DNA from: Bigelowiella natans CCMP2755 | Lineage: Eukaryota > Protista > Cercozoa | Reading direction: 5' to 3' | DNA: 64,000 nucleotides | Assembly: GCA_000320545.1 (NCBI GenBank) | Contig: ADNK01001668.1 | Location: 1 to 64,000, forward strand | Shown here: positions 12,517-25,869 of the stretch, piece after piece | Numbering within the stretch: position 1 is the first letter of the stretch | How the letters are laid out: every line of letters starts with the position of its first letter | Made by a program: the position numbers and the translations under genes | Notes under the pieces: model-generated | Databases searched by the model: none | Told to the model about the DNA's origin: nothing | Seen by the model: the letters and a program-made list of their open reading frames with translations, nothing else

Positions 12517-12647
12517 GTGTTGATGAATATATGATTTATTGTGACGACTACTACTACTACTACTACAGATCGAAGATCATCAAAACACGGTAAATAACAA
12601 TAGCAATAACAGCAACAATGACAACAACAACAACAACAAGTGGCAGT

Positions 12648-12680
<33 letters not shown>

Positions 12681-13021
12681 GAATAGCACCACTTTTGTTG
12701 TCTTGGGAGTTATATACTTCCCGCACAGAATATGACGACGAAGACGGCGGCATCCTTCTTTCTTTCTTCTTCTTGTTCTTCTGTTGGAACGTATAATGAT
12801 GATCTTGCAGCTCAGGACCTACTAGACAGATCCGTAAGTGGCATCGAGGATACTTCATTCGTAATAGAAATGCAAAGATCTCCCAAATAGCCTGTATTTG
12901 GTAGTAGTAGCATTAGAAGAAGAAGAAGAAGAAGAAGAAGAAGAAGACGAGGAGATGTGTGGATGATGATTATGATGATCATGATGATGAGACACGAATT
13001 TTGCAGCATGTGAGATAATAT

Positions 13022-13076
<55 letters not shown>

Positions 13077-13555
13077 AATTAATCTTTTTTCTACTCCTCC
13101 TCCTCCTCCTCTTCTTCTTCTTCTTCTTCTTGGTATTGATGGTCTCCTTCTTCTTCTTCTTCTTCTTCTTCATGTCTTTCCTCCTCCCCTCTTCCTCTGC
13201 AGCCTCACTTTTAACGACCAATCCATTCAAATATTAACACCACTTTTACTTATCTATTACATCTCTATCTCAAATCAATCACTACACTTTTCATCACCAT
13301 CATCGTCACTACTACTAAGGACTCGTACCATGCTAAAAGACTCGTGATAAGACGCTCCGACGACGTGAATCGTGTATGGTGCTGATAATAATGAATATCA
13401 GGAGGAATATAGCTTATAGTGCTAGTAGTAAGTAATATAGGAGGAAGAAAGATACATCCCCCCCCCCCCCCTATGATGGTTGGATACCGCTGGTGATGAT
13501 GCTGAAAAGGCGTGTTGGTTTAACAAAGGCTAAGGAATGAACAATAGTAGGCATT

Positions 13556-13590
<35 letters not shown>

Positions 13591-13698
13591 CTTCTTTATC
13601 TTTATCTTCGTGATGATTAAGAAGTGGTACGTATTTTTACTAGTACCTCTGTATGAGGACTCGGCTAGTTTGTAACAATCAAATCTGCAGCAGCAGCA

Positions 13699-13730
<32 letters not shown>

Positions 13731-14373
13731 GTGGACAACATATAAATAGCAGCTGCAACCAACGTGTTGTATGCATGCAAACCAAACGCCACGATTATGC
13801 TGCTAATTAAGGTGGATGGTGGTGGTAATAAAATTCAAATAAATCGATGTACACCTCATCCTCCACTACCACCCCCCTCTGAAGGCAGGTTAAATAGTCA
13901 GGCATAGATAACTACTACTACTACTACTACTACTACTACCTGCATATGTTGGCGAGTATGGTGAGTGGGTACGACAAGAACACAGACAGTAACACCCTAC
14001 AAGAAACCCATGCATGTGCACACACAAAAATATATATACATATTTTAATTCAAGGCCAAAGTCAGAACAAGGATATACATGCTGTTTTGTCATCATTTCT
14101 TCGTCATCGCCCCCCCCCCCCCCCTCTCTCTCTCTCGCTCTTGCTGTTGATGTATTATATCCTTCTTCTTCTATTCTTCTCGATGAACGTACTACTAGTA
14201 CTGCTGCTACTACTACTACTACCCGTATTCCGAGTATAAAGATATTCGAGGAAGAAACAGCTCAAAAAATGCTATTAAATAAAATTAAAAACAACAACAA
14301 CAATAACAATAACAATAACAACAGCAGTACACAGTATGGTCGTAAGGCGCGCACATACACACACAGACACACG

Positions 14374-14409
<36 letters not shown>

Positions 14410-15442
14410 AACCGGTAGTGATATAGTCAGAATACTATGAAGTAGTAGACTACGATAAATCATCATATATAGACTGTTATTGTGCGTGCGAGCACTGAGT
14501 GCTAATTAATAATACTTCTCATGAAGGCAGATCTTCTTCTTACTGCGGTTTTTGGTGTTGTCGTTTTTTCTATTACTTCTCATTGTGTAAGGTCTTTGCA
14601 AAGTGCCAAAACTTCTCCACAAGTTGTTGTTGTTGTTGTTATTGTTGTTGTTGTTGCTAGCTTTGGGGATCCTCCTGTCATTGATGATCAGCTCCTTGTT
14701 CCCTCCATCCTCCTCCTCCTCCTCCTCCTCCAATTTACAATCATCGCGTCGTAGCAGTAGCTTCTGAAGGCGTTTATGAACCCGTTTGGCCTTATCTCTA
14801 ATAAATGATTGGTTGATATTTTATTTGAATAATGTGTAATCGATGATAGTCTAACATTAAAAAACAACAACCAAATCCATCGTTGGCATTATTGAACATA
14901 GTAGTAATAGTAGTAGTAGTAGTAGTAGTCGTAGTTGTTGTTTTAGCAGGGTAGTAGTAGAAGATGACCAAAACAATGAAAACAACTATTGATGAAAACA
15001 ACAATTGATGGTACTAGAAGATGACCGAAATGACGTGTGCTGCTGGAAAAACGACGTTCCAATTACGACAGAGCGTGGAATGCAATACACACACACACAC
15101 ACACACACACACACGTACATACGCACACAAACGTATTACATTTGGTATATAGACACAAACAAGCTACTACTTTGGAAGCGACTCGTAGTCATCGAACGCA
15201 CGATTAAGAAACTTGCAGTATCTTAGTAGAAGGAGGAGCACAATCAAAGAATAATAATATCAAACAAGTATTCAGCTGATCTAACAGATTCATATAATAT
15301 CATTATTACCAAACATTACAGAAAGACAGCAGCTAACGATAAGTACTTTATTAATAAGACTGCTACAGTGATTTGTAAGTAATATTATTGTTGTCGCTGC
15401 TGCTATTATTTATCACCATAATCGGTTGTTAAGTTAGTTAGC

Positions 15443-15485
<43 letters not shown>

Positions 15486-15819
15486 CTTTGCATGATTGTC
15501 CGCATCCTGTTTATAACACCTAATAGACACAAACACGTATGTCTTTAACAATATGACTTTGAACTCAGTTGTCTAATAAATCCTGCTGCTACTAGCTAGT
15601 TCTTCTTCTTCTTCTACTCACTTTGCAGCAAACTGCACATGATTGAATTACTAATTCACACCACAGATTATTGTGATGGCTAATCATATGCAAGTACTCG
15701 GTGATGGTAAATACAACAACATCTAAATGAAGTTGTGTGAAAATCGCAGTATCTTATTATAACCTTAATGAACAGTATCCAACCCTAATAACAGCACATC
15801 ACGTCGTCACATAAATCGG

Positions 15820-15852
<33 letters not shown>

Positions 15853-17330
15853 TATCACCACCACCACCACCACCGCCAGCAGCAGCAGCAGCAGCAGATA
15901 CATGAAGGAGGTATTTTTTCCAGATAGTTTCTACTTAGATTATCCCCTATCCCCTCTTTCATTTGGTGTTATCATGATCATATGAATGGACGACTTTTAA
16001 TGTACTTTCTTCTTCTTCTTCTTCTTCTTCTTCTACTACTACTACTACCTCTGACAAATGTCGCATGCATAGAGATCCTGTTAGAAACAACATCAGCACA
16101 GCATGTGTTCCACCATTGATTCCGAAGGATTAGACTACTACCACCACTACTACTACTACTACTACTGCTACTACTGCTACTACTGCTACTACTACTACTA
16201 CTACTACTACTGTACTTACTTCTTCTCGCCCTGTTGCGCATGTCATACACACGGTATGGCCTAAATAAGAGTTCCTCCAGTTGTTTTCCAAAACTTTCAG
16301 GGCCTTGTTGTAAATTTGTAGTAGTTGTAACAGTAGTAGTAGCAGTAGTTTTCACAGACATCATAACACGATTGTACAATAAAAGAAGCTTAGACGGTGA
16401 TGGCAAGAGGTTAAGACACCTATTCTTTGAAGATTAAAAATATATAAGGTATATCTTATAGGAGGATGAAGATAGGAATAACTGAGATCACCTTCTTCTT
16501 TAATTTTATGAACATCAATTACCACATTTCAGAATCCTTCTCTCAGGTTTCCACCTTCTCATAAGGGCATATATTACCTTGTTTGAGATTTCTGCATTTT
16601 CGTATAAGCATTGATTGCCATCAAGAAGTAGATTTCTATGAAAAAAATCGATCCAGCATTAATCAACGTTTACCAACATATCACTATTCGTATTATGAAG
16701 GAGATAAAAGCTATTATGGAAATTAGTAGTACCTTAATTCGAAATCTTCCTCTTCAGAGGAGGAGAAAGAGGAAGAGCTGATTTACAAGGCAAAAAAAAA
16801 ACGACTGTGACGATTGTGTTGATGGAGTGGTAAAATCAGCAAGGATACCCTTTCATGCTGACGATTTTGTTATGTTCGCGTCTTCCGATAGTTTTTTTAC
16901 GAACCCGGGCCATCTATATCCAACGGTTGCTATTAATTTCCCAATAAACATTCATGACCATAGGCATAAAATTGAAAATTCTTATTTCACGCACTGAATT
17001 GTTAGTTAAGCCGCTATTTCAATCACCTTCTTATTTAGGCGCTTTACAAATGCTCGCCTCTTCTTTTGAAGACCCCCATCTCTTTTACCACTACCGCCTG
17101 TAAGGCGCAGCACCCCGGTAGGAAAGCGCCATATCCCCTCCTCCTTACTACAACCTCGACCATGTTGACGATTTCCATAGAACGACGACGCAGGGGTTTG
17201 CCGCAAGCTACTGTTGCCCTCAAAGATGACAACGGCGCCGCAGAAGAAGTGTAGTAGGAGGAGGAAGGGACAGAAGCGTTGCAGGGTGATGCTATTAATG
17301 TTCAGTGCCGATGATGACTCTATTGTCTAA
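10613..17330 (-). CDS. MSS51 C-terminal-domain-like protein with N-terminal targeting leader (start unresolved)
   Basis: Exons give VLLSVFLSYPLTIL (~13945-13997), YTIHVVGASYHE (~13340-13380), AIWEIFAFLL..LRICLVGPEL (~12810-12892), SFPGTYRD, PNLIVLFH|PGVSDDSYDW, LLVT|TGSRAEM, FNPCSSHMLLQSGTIANE|LYRKNAW; stop TAA at 10613. This is the motif order of the MSS51/ZMYND15-17 C-terminal domain. Confidence 0.8.
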
Positions 17331-17753
17331 ATCTTGCCGCCGCATGCTAAATCTTGTTGTATTGTTTTTGCTGTTGTATGCTGAATATCTTCCTTTTTTA
17401 TCAATGGACAGGCTACCAATCCCATTCCATGTGTCTTCGTCTACTCGCGCTATGTCTGTAATGCTGCTAGAGCATGGCCTCATTCATTGCATTGCTTGTC
17501 CTCCCCTTTCTTTGAGGATTGATTAATTGATTTATTGATTGATTGATTGTTCCATGTAATAAGTTTTTGTTAGTCTTCATTGTTTAGTAGTTTTAGTCGC
17601 ATGATTGACCACCATTGACTTACAATAACTAATATTGCTACTTGCAAAGAAAAACGCGTTCTCAACCATCCAAATGATTATGTTTTATGTTTTAGATTAA
17701 TTAAGCATAAAATAGTGTCTATCATCTTAATTAAACAAAATACTAACAACACC

Positions 17754-20700
17754 ATGCGCCGAGTGTAGATAAATTTCTTACGATGTATTGGTTTCTCCTC
17801 ATAGTAACAGTAATAATGACACTAGGAAACAAGGAGAATTATGTCAGGAGAGAGCACGACCAGAAAAGGAGAGGAAGGAAGGACTTCCCCCATCCTTTTC
17901 AAAAACCTACTTTTCACGCACACTGATGGAGAAGCAGCTTGATCTCGCTATTTTTGATGCTTTCCGTAATCCAAACTATAAGGAATATCATCCACCTAAA
18001 CGTCAGAAATCGGAGGAGAAAGGGTTACACATCTGTGTTAATTTATTTTTATGGACGAAGGCATGAACTCAAGATTTTTATGATTAGATCTGGAACTACG
18101 GGGACACTGCTTTCGATGGGTTTTGTCAAGGACGCACCTGCTAGCAAAGTAACTTGCGAATATGGGGCAGCAGTGAAGAAGCGGCGGCAGCATCTTCATA
18201 ATGACAATGTCCTTCGGAAAAAAATCAAGCATCGCCAACCTAAGGAGTCCCGAAAGTAGATCTCACGAGCAATATCTGTGTCATATATTGCTATGTCTAT
18301 GCACGTCCATTGTAAATTAAAGAGCTTGTTGAGTGTGATGTCTTGCTGGTATTGTAACTAATTAACAGTAACGTCGAGATTCTCTGTTTCCGATGCCGAA
18401 AGCTAGGCGGACTTGATTGCACAAAACAACAGGATATCTCATCATACTTCCCCCGATCTTCGAGAAATTTGAACAAGGAGATAACTACAGATGATACAGT
18501 AGTATCGCAAGAAGTTCTGATGAAATGTCAGTCGCATCCAAGCAAGAATGCCATGAGGAACTTCCGTAACGATGACGCAAATACTGAAAGTTATGATGAT
18601 GTTGGTGACCATGATGGTAGCCACCGTGGAGCTCAATCCAATGATCAAAAAGAAACAAATGTTATCAGCGTTAAGTTCATACAGGAGGAAAAAACGGCTA
18701 CGATGTTACCACTCCACTGTGAGCGTTGCAGACGAGTATTGGAGGAAAAACGGCCAAATGTAGGGACGAGAGGTGATGATAACAACATTCGGATAGTTCT
18801 TAGTTTATGAATATATACAAACCATATCTTGATATGGTCGTATATATACTGTGAGGAGGGGGCGGGAGGGGTAGACGAAAGTTTAAGTTGGGATTCTAGA
18901 AAGATAATGAAAGAGTGTCATTCCTTATGATTGATGTGCCAGGAAATAGATCCAGCATTTGTCCTTTCATCTCTCGATTGCGACAATATCAGCTTGTTGC
19001 GAATAATAAAGGCACACCATTCTTATTACGGTGGGTAGAAACAATATCATGATCATATTGCTATTCATCAGGGCAGCCTAATGCATGGTAACGTACGCCA
19101 TGTTGTCATATTGCTTGTTCTTATTCCAACAGTCGTTTTGTTCCATTCTAGCAATCCCATATTTCCCCCAGTGTTTAAACCGCACACGCTATCTTAATGT
19201 CGTCGTTCATATTGGAGTGTGACGTTCCCCGAATGTCACATTGGTGTTTGATATTTTTGGAGTGTGAAGTCACTGAATGCTGGCTGTTGGTTGATAGGGA
19301 CTTCGAAGCCATTGAAATCATGAAGCAAGACTGTAGCATATGCGGGAAAAATAGAAAGCATGGGGAGGTGCATGGCATCACGAGATTAAAGATCATAAAA
19401 GCTCTCCAACATACTAGCTGCTCCACTCCCTCCTCCTCCTCCTCCAGCAACAAAGATATGATGGGTCCTTACACTAAAGATAACACAGCTGCCGCCTGTC
19501 GAAAATGTAATCTTATGAAAACTTTCAACTCAAAGGTAGTAGTTGTGGTGTAGAAGAGTTGGTTTTGTTAGAGAATTAGTAGTAGCAGTAGTGGTAGTAG
19601 CAATAGTTGTGATAATGATAGTAGTAGTTAGTCAGGGTAGTTATTTGGGAAGAGCTGGATAAATACACTAAACGTTTGAGTTGTGTAGTAAAGGATTCGA
19701 TTCATGTTAGCAACTAGTTGCCTCAAGTCGTGCCATTGTGAGGATTGTAGACTGAAATCGCAAGAGGATAATAAAATATGGCAATTACTATCATCTTCAT
19801 CGTGCCATGATAGTCTGTATGTATTCCACCATCTCCCATATGTCCGATTAGGAAATATTCATAATGATGTGTCGTCACATTGCTACTACTACTACGTGGA
19901 AAGCTGCTACTACAAGAACAGGAGGCAAACCTATTAAATCACATGAAGGTGGTGTAGTGGTAGTACAACGAGGAGGAGGAGGAGGAGTAAAATACGAACA
20001 CAGCAGGGTCAATCGTCACCGTTGCAATGATGATGATATCGATGGCCAACGCCATAGTGCTGACGACGACGACGGTCCATTCGGGCTTTTCCCTGAGTGT
20101 TTCCGAAATAATACTTCTAAGCGGACACGGAGCAGCTACATTACTACCGTATGTTGTCCATCAATACAACTGAATATAATGATGATGACGAAAATGATAA
20201 CAATCATAGGGATTGATTTGGTGTAAAGTTATTATTTGATAGTCATGATGTCACAGAAGGAGTAGGGAAGAGGCTCAATATTATTCTCTCCTGGTGTAAT
20301 CGTTGATGTTGCCGTTGTCCTTTAAAAGCGTGTTTGAAATTCTCATGATACAAGAAACCCCTGTTTTCCCCTCTATTTCAGAGTAAGACACATTCATTGA
20401 CTCACAAACAATTTGAGGAGATTGTGAGGAACCCATGTCATTACTGTGGCAAGAAGCACCGACCCCCTATTCACTATAATGGGTAGTAGTAGGAGAAGTA
20501 GTAGTAGTCGTCGTAGAACCCAATTATGTGACACATCATACGACATTTGCTGTTGTCCGCCACAATGCTGCTTCTAAAGATGTTGCTCCTGAAGATATAT
20601 GGTTGAGCCTTCTCATCGGTGCCTTCATCTCGTTCCAGGTTAGATCGCCTTGATTCAACAAAGCGCGTATACACTCAATCCTCTTGCGGTAAGAGATTGT

Positions 20701-20893
20701 ACTGAGTGATTAGGGTGATAGCGATAGTAATGATGTAACGACTTGACAATCGCTTAGATGTGCCCGGTATATTTATTTGTCTTCTTCTCGCGTGTTTTTG
20801 TTATTCTACATGTGATGTTATGTAAGTTTCATGTTGTGGAACCTGTAATATCATGAAGGGCCGTTTTACTGAAGAAGGTAAGTCAAAAGACTT

Positions 20894-20935
<42 letters not shown>

Positions 20936-21135
20936 TGTGCTTTAGTTCTGGTGTTTTTGTTTTTACGCGCCCATGTTTATACGCGTCCACGCGCACGCTG
21001 TGCTTGTTCATGCACCATGTAAAAGTGGAAGGTGTATCAATCGTAGTAGTTACATGTACATAGAATAGCTAACATTCCTTTGTATCAAGTTTACACCCAC
21101 CTCCTCGCGCGCAGGAATACATATATAAGCATATA

Positions 21136-21183
<48 letters not shown>

Positions 21184-21383
21184 ATGTGTGTGTGAGTGTG
21201 TGCGTGTGTGTGTGTGAGAGAGAGAGAGTGGAATTTATTAAAATAAACATGTGTAATAACGTGAAGATACACATACCATAAAATGAATGTCTGCAATGCT
21301 TAGTGAACTGTATGGTGTTGCTTCTGAAAACTGTAGAGTTTCTCGATCATTGTCTCCGGGTGGCTATTTTCAATACACGATGA
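17754..21383 (+). CDS. Intron-containing protein with two tandem Cys-rich HNH-like nuclease repeats (giant-virus/phage type); start approximate
   Basis: Repeat 1: YQLVANNKGTPFLLRDFEAIEIMKQDCSICG..HGITRL..YTKDNTAAACRKCNLMK|EIFIMMCRHIA. Repeat 2: LTHKQFEEIVRNPCHYCG..NGLDRLDSTKRVYTQSSCVSCCGTCNIMKGRFTEEEFLDHC. Exons at 19298-19535, 19852-20148, 20382-20482, 20639-20688, 20827-20877 and 21337-21383 all splice in frame. Confidence 0.8.
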
Positions 21384-21439
21384 GCTACAAGTGGGTAGGA
21401 GTTTCTTCCTGTGAACAGAGACTTTTCATTAATGTCAGC

Positions 21440-22240
21440 GCTTGTTTCCCAATGGACCCATTGCTAGCTTGGCTTGAAAGATGGACGTGTGCTTTCGCAT
21501 GATAATGCATGCTAGCATGTGTAGCCTGCATCACGCTGCGCACCTTGGCATGTCGCAACTGAATTTCCATGGAGACATGTGCGTAACGACTTGTGTCGCC
21601 ACATTTTTCAACTACTGCTGCACTGTAGACATTGTGGTCTAGCGGTGTGCACAGTGCACACATTGTGTTCTTGCCTGACACACCTAGACATGCACGTTGC
21701 GTTGGCGTTTGTGACCGCTCGTTCCTAGATTCCAGTGGTCCATCTAGCCGTGCCAGCATGCATGTTTTGTCAAATTGTGAACATGGTCACAGCTCGCACT
21801 CTGTGATTGAAACAATTTGAAAACCTTGTTTCATAGTTTTTCACCATTTTCTTTGTCTTTGTTGTCTTTGAAACGCCAATGATCAAAAGTCACTTTCATC
21901 ACTCAGTCATCACTGTGCATCGCTCACGAAGATGATGGTTTTGTCATCACTTTTGCACAATCACGTTGTGGACAATGTGACGTGATGCATACACATCATT
22001 GCCGTTCATGCACGAGGCTGTTGCACAGTGCGCCAGTGTGACAGGCACCCAACAGCACTTTGGTTTGAGTTTTGAAGGAGTCGGAACCATGAGCAAAGGA
22101 GCAGCAGCAGGCTTGTGAAGCATGTACCAAGGCCAGCTTCATACTAGATGTGTGTCTGTCATGGGCTGTTGTCCAGGTGAGAGCAATGATGGAGGAGGTG
22201 GTCCACAGTTTGCGCTGAAACGAACCTGCATCTGTAACAT
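21440..22240. other. TpA-poor, CTAG-retaining intergenic island
   Basis: 6 TpA in 21630-22120, 4 of them within CTAG. Confidence 0.85.
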
Positions 22241-22572
22241 CACAGCCTTCATCCGATTGCTACGGGACGTGGGTCCATGAGATTCCCGTTTTGTCCTGCG
22301 ACAAGGATATCTGTTCGAAAATCTAAAAAATCGTCTGCATTAAAAATCATCGTCATCATCTACCAGTGGAAGAAGCAACATGGCTCACTAAGGAGGACAA
22401 CCAGCAAGGAAGATAAGGAAGCAATCAATCACAGCCAGCTCAGAAGAGGGCGAACACGGTAATTTCTCGAACATGGTGCCTCCTCAAAGCATCGTATGAC
22501 ATGATAAAACTTCAACGCCAAGGGTAAGATCTTTCGGACGATCAATGTATAATGTGTAGGATCATCCTACAC

Positions 22573-23471
22573 ATGGGGGATTCCTTTTGTGCGATGATTG
22601 CATTCGCATTGGCAATTGTGGGAACCAGGTAACTTCAATATCCACATTTTTTATTTAAATCACAAATGTTTGGCACTCTGATTGGAGCTTAACACTTGTT
22701 GTGGTGTTGCTAGTGGTTTAATAATTGAGAATAAGGAGAGCAATACAATGAAGACGTACAGGCATTTCACGGCGGATGATTTCGGGAAAAAGGTAAGATT
22801 TTCCACGTTGTCAGTACAATAGAACCATTAGCCTTTTACTATGACAAACGACAAACTGCGAGGCAGAGTTTCGTGACTACTAACTGATGAATGTTGAGAA
22901 TAATCTGGTGCAGATTCATCATGCCACGATGATGGATTCTCTTACTTACTTATCCCTCTTGTATTTAATCTCCTCTTTGGACTTCTACTTGATATTCAGG
23001 AGCCGTACAATGTGAAAGCAGAGCTGGTTTTCCCCCCTGAAATGAATTCCAAATTGTGCCACAGCATGGCTGAAGTAGGCGGCAACAACGCCACTATCAC
23101 CAGCATCCAGCACAATATTGTAATGGTTATGAGGGGAAATTGTACTTTTTATACAAAAGCGCTGAATGCCCAGAGGGGAGGTAATAAGATGCTCATGATA
23201 TTACACCTCCAAAACCCAATGCTTTCTCTTCAATTTCCTCATTTCAGAGAATACTTCATGTTTCTTTAAAATAACTGCTACCTTAGGAGCATCTGGGTTG
23301 ATAATTGCGAACAACGAATTTGCGATGTTTCCAATGAAGATGGTTAGAGAAGGCTCGTTAGTGGAAGACATTAAGATCCCTGTTGTCTCGATAACGAGGA
23401 AGGACCATTTCGATATTTCCGGGGTAGTAGCAGAGAAAGTATTGAAGATATTTAATCACTGTATATCATTT

Positions 23472-23512
<41 letters not shown>

Positions 23513-24793
23513 CCCAGGGGCAGTAAAGATCCGAAATATTTTATATCTGGGTGAGGGAGAAGAACGGCATAGTGAGATGAAGATAATCAAAAAATAGAAG
23601 GGATGCGAAACCAAAATTTGGAATGTATCTAGTATTTTTGTACGAAAAGATGCAAGATTAGTAAAATTAATGATAGACTGTTGACTGTTAATATTTTCCT
23701 TCGTTCCATGACATCAGCAAATGCTACGGGATGTGAACGTGACCTTCTTGGCGACACTAAATCAGCGTGGGGATTATTCAGCCATCACACTACCAATAAT
23801 TAGTCCAATTATCATCATCTTCATTTGGATGACAATAATGAGTCTTTATCTTCTTCGGAGAGTATGCATGCGGTATTTATCACGCCAAAACCGTGTATCT
23901 GCCATGCGTGACATCCCTCTGGTACGTTATGAGCATCCTCCTGAAAATGATGATGACGATGACGATGATGATGGAGTCGCTGCTGGCAATGGATTGGTGC
24001 CTCAACCAGTCAGGTAAAAACTCACCCCCTCTTCTCATCTTTTCCATAATACCCCTTTTCAAAAATTGAGCCTCGTTTTCATTGACGATCGTGTACGTTT
24101 TTAGGGTGATGAATTCACGATGTGTTATTTGTATGGAGGACTTTGAGCGAGGGGAGGAACTCAAACTGTTGCCATGTGGACACGGGTTAACATAATATGA
24201 TGATGACTAGAATGGGAAAGAAAGTGTATGCGTGAGAAAGTTTGTTTATTTACTTCATATTATTATAGATACTTCGGTGATTGAGTGATATTTATCATGA
24301 CAATGGTTTCTTGTTCCCTCGATCTGTCTTTCCCCCATATATTTCAGGTTTCACCCTGCGTGCATTGACCCTTGGCTACAAGATCACTCAGAGCGTTGTC
24401 CAATTTGTAACCAAAGTCTCATCGTTCAACAACACCAGCAGCAAAGGCAACAGCAGCAGCAACAACAACAACAGCAAAACCAACACGGAGTCATGGAAGG
24501 TGACTAGTGCTACATGAATTTATAGAAACTAAATACAAAATACAAAGATGTGTCAAGTGAGAAATTTTTTAGAAAGGTGTGTTCAAGCATCGGTGGGTGC
24601 AAGAACTGATCCTTACTTATCACGTTTTTGCTGAAAAGGAAATGGAATAGCAGCCTCACAATTAAGGACTCTAAGCAATGATGTATCACTACACATCGGT
24701 GAAGATGACTCTGAAGAATTGCAGAGGATAGAGAGTGGTAGGGAAAGCTTTGATATGAAAAATTTGAGACGTGACCGACGCAGCCTCATCTAA
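22573..24793 (+). CDS. PA-TM-RING E3 ubiquitin ligase (RNF13/RNF167/RMR family)
   Basis: Signal peptide MGDSFCAMIAFALAIVG; PA domain IVMVMRGNCTFYTKALNAQRGGASGLIIANN..IKIPVVSI; TM IISPIIIIFIWMTIMSLYLL; RING-H2 [42 protein letters not shown]. Last exon 24654-24793 is probable; alternative stop at ~24508. Confidence 0.92.
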
Positions 24794-24879
24794 AATTAAC
24801 AAATACAGTAAGCCTAAATATTCATAGAAAATATCATTGTAATTCTACATTCGTAACCAATCTCGTATTGTCGTGGCGA

Positions 24880-25720
24880 TATAGCGAGTCTGTGCATAGC
24901 GACTCATATAGTCATCCTGACGGTTGGTCGTAAGCACGTGCCTCTCCTATCGATGTGGGTATAATGTCATCAATCGGCCGTTTCCCCTGCTCTATCTAGT
25001 GCTGCATCTCGGCATGTGTGCGGCAAGATGCACAGTACTAGAGTTATGAAAAATCCACGTGACCACGTGAAGTCTACGGCTTTAGTAAGGCTCGGCATGC
25101 TTAATTGGTACGATACGCTGTGCGCGCTGCAGCAGATAACATACCGTGAGAAAAGCGAAAGGGAATATGCTACATATTGCTAGCATGCGCATGAGTCACG
25201 CAGATTCATTTCTAGCTAGCATTGCTAGATTGGATGCATTTTCGCCATCTCTAGCTAGCTAGATCTCTAGATCTTGTCTAGTAGTCATCAATACTAGACT
25301 AGATATAATAGATGACAATCATTGTTATTGGATGCATTTTCGCCATCTCTAGATCTCTAGATTTATCTCACTACTAGACTAGATGACAATCATTGTTATT
25401 ATTTGCTAGCTTGCTAGCTTACATGGAGGCGACAATATTCATGCACTAAACAAAAAGTATTGGCTTCTGCATGAGTGCGTAGTGCGTGTCTCTGAACCTG
25501 CATGTTATCGTCGGCGCTATGCCAATCTAAACGCCATGCTAGCATGTATGACTTCAAGGCGCTAGCAGCAGTGCAATTTAGCTAGCAACATGCACTGCTA
25601 CTAGACTAGTGCAATGCTAGAATGCTAGAATGTCCTGTACTAGACATTAAGAAGACACTGCATGCAGGTTTATACGATGGATATGTACCATGTGGCTCAT
25701 GCCTGGACATGGCCTTTTGT
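24880..25720. other. CTAG-hyper-enriched intergenic island with internal duplication
   Basis: About 25 CTAG in 25180-25645; duplicated 'tggatgcattttcgccatctctag' and 'agatgacaatcattgttatt'. Confidence 0.8.
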
Positions 25721-25869
25721 TTCTTTAATGACAATGAAGAAATTACAGCTCCTGCGGCGATGAATTAGTACAATATCGTAGGGCCAGGAATAATGATTGT
25801 AGATAGACGTTTGTTGTCGAAGAAGTGAGATAGACATGGCATTATAGAAATGCTGCCGATATAGTTATT

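Noticed and set aside
17754-21383. HNH-like gene as an active mobile element or endogenous virus
   Set aside because: Many spliceosomal introns, and no terminal repeats, target-site duplication or neighbouring viral genes.
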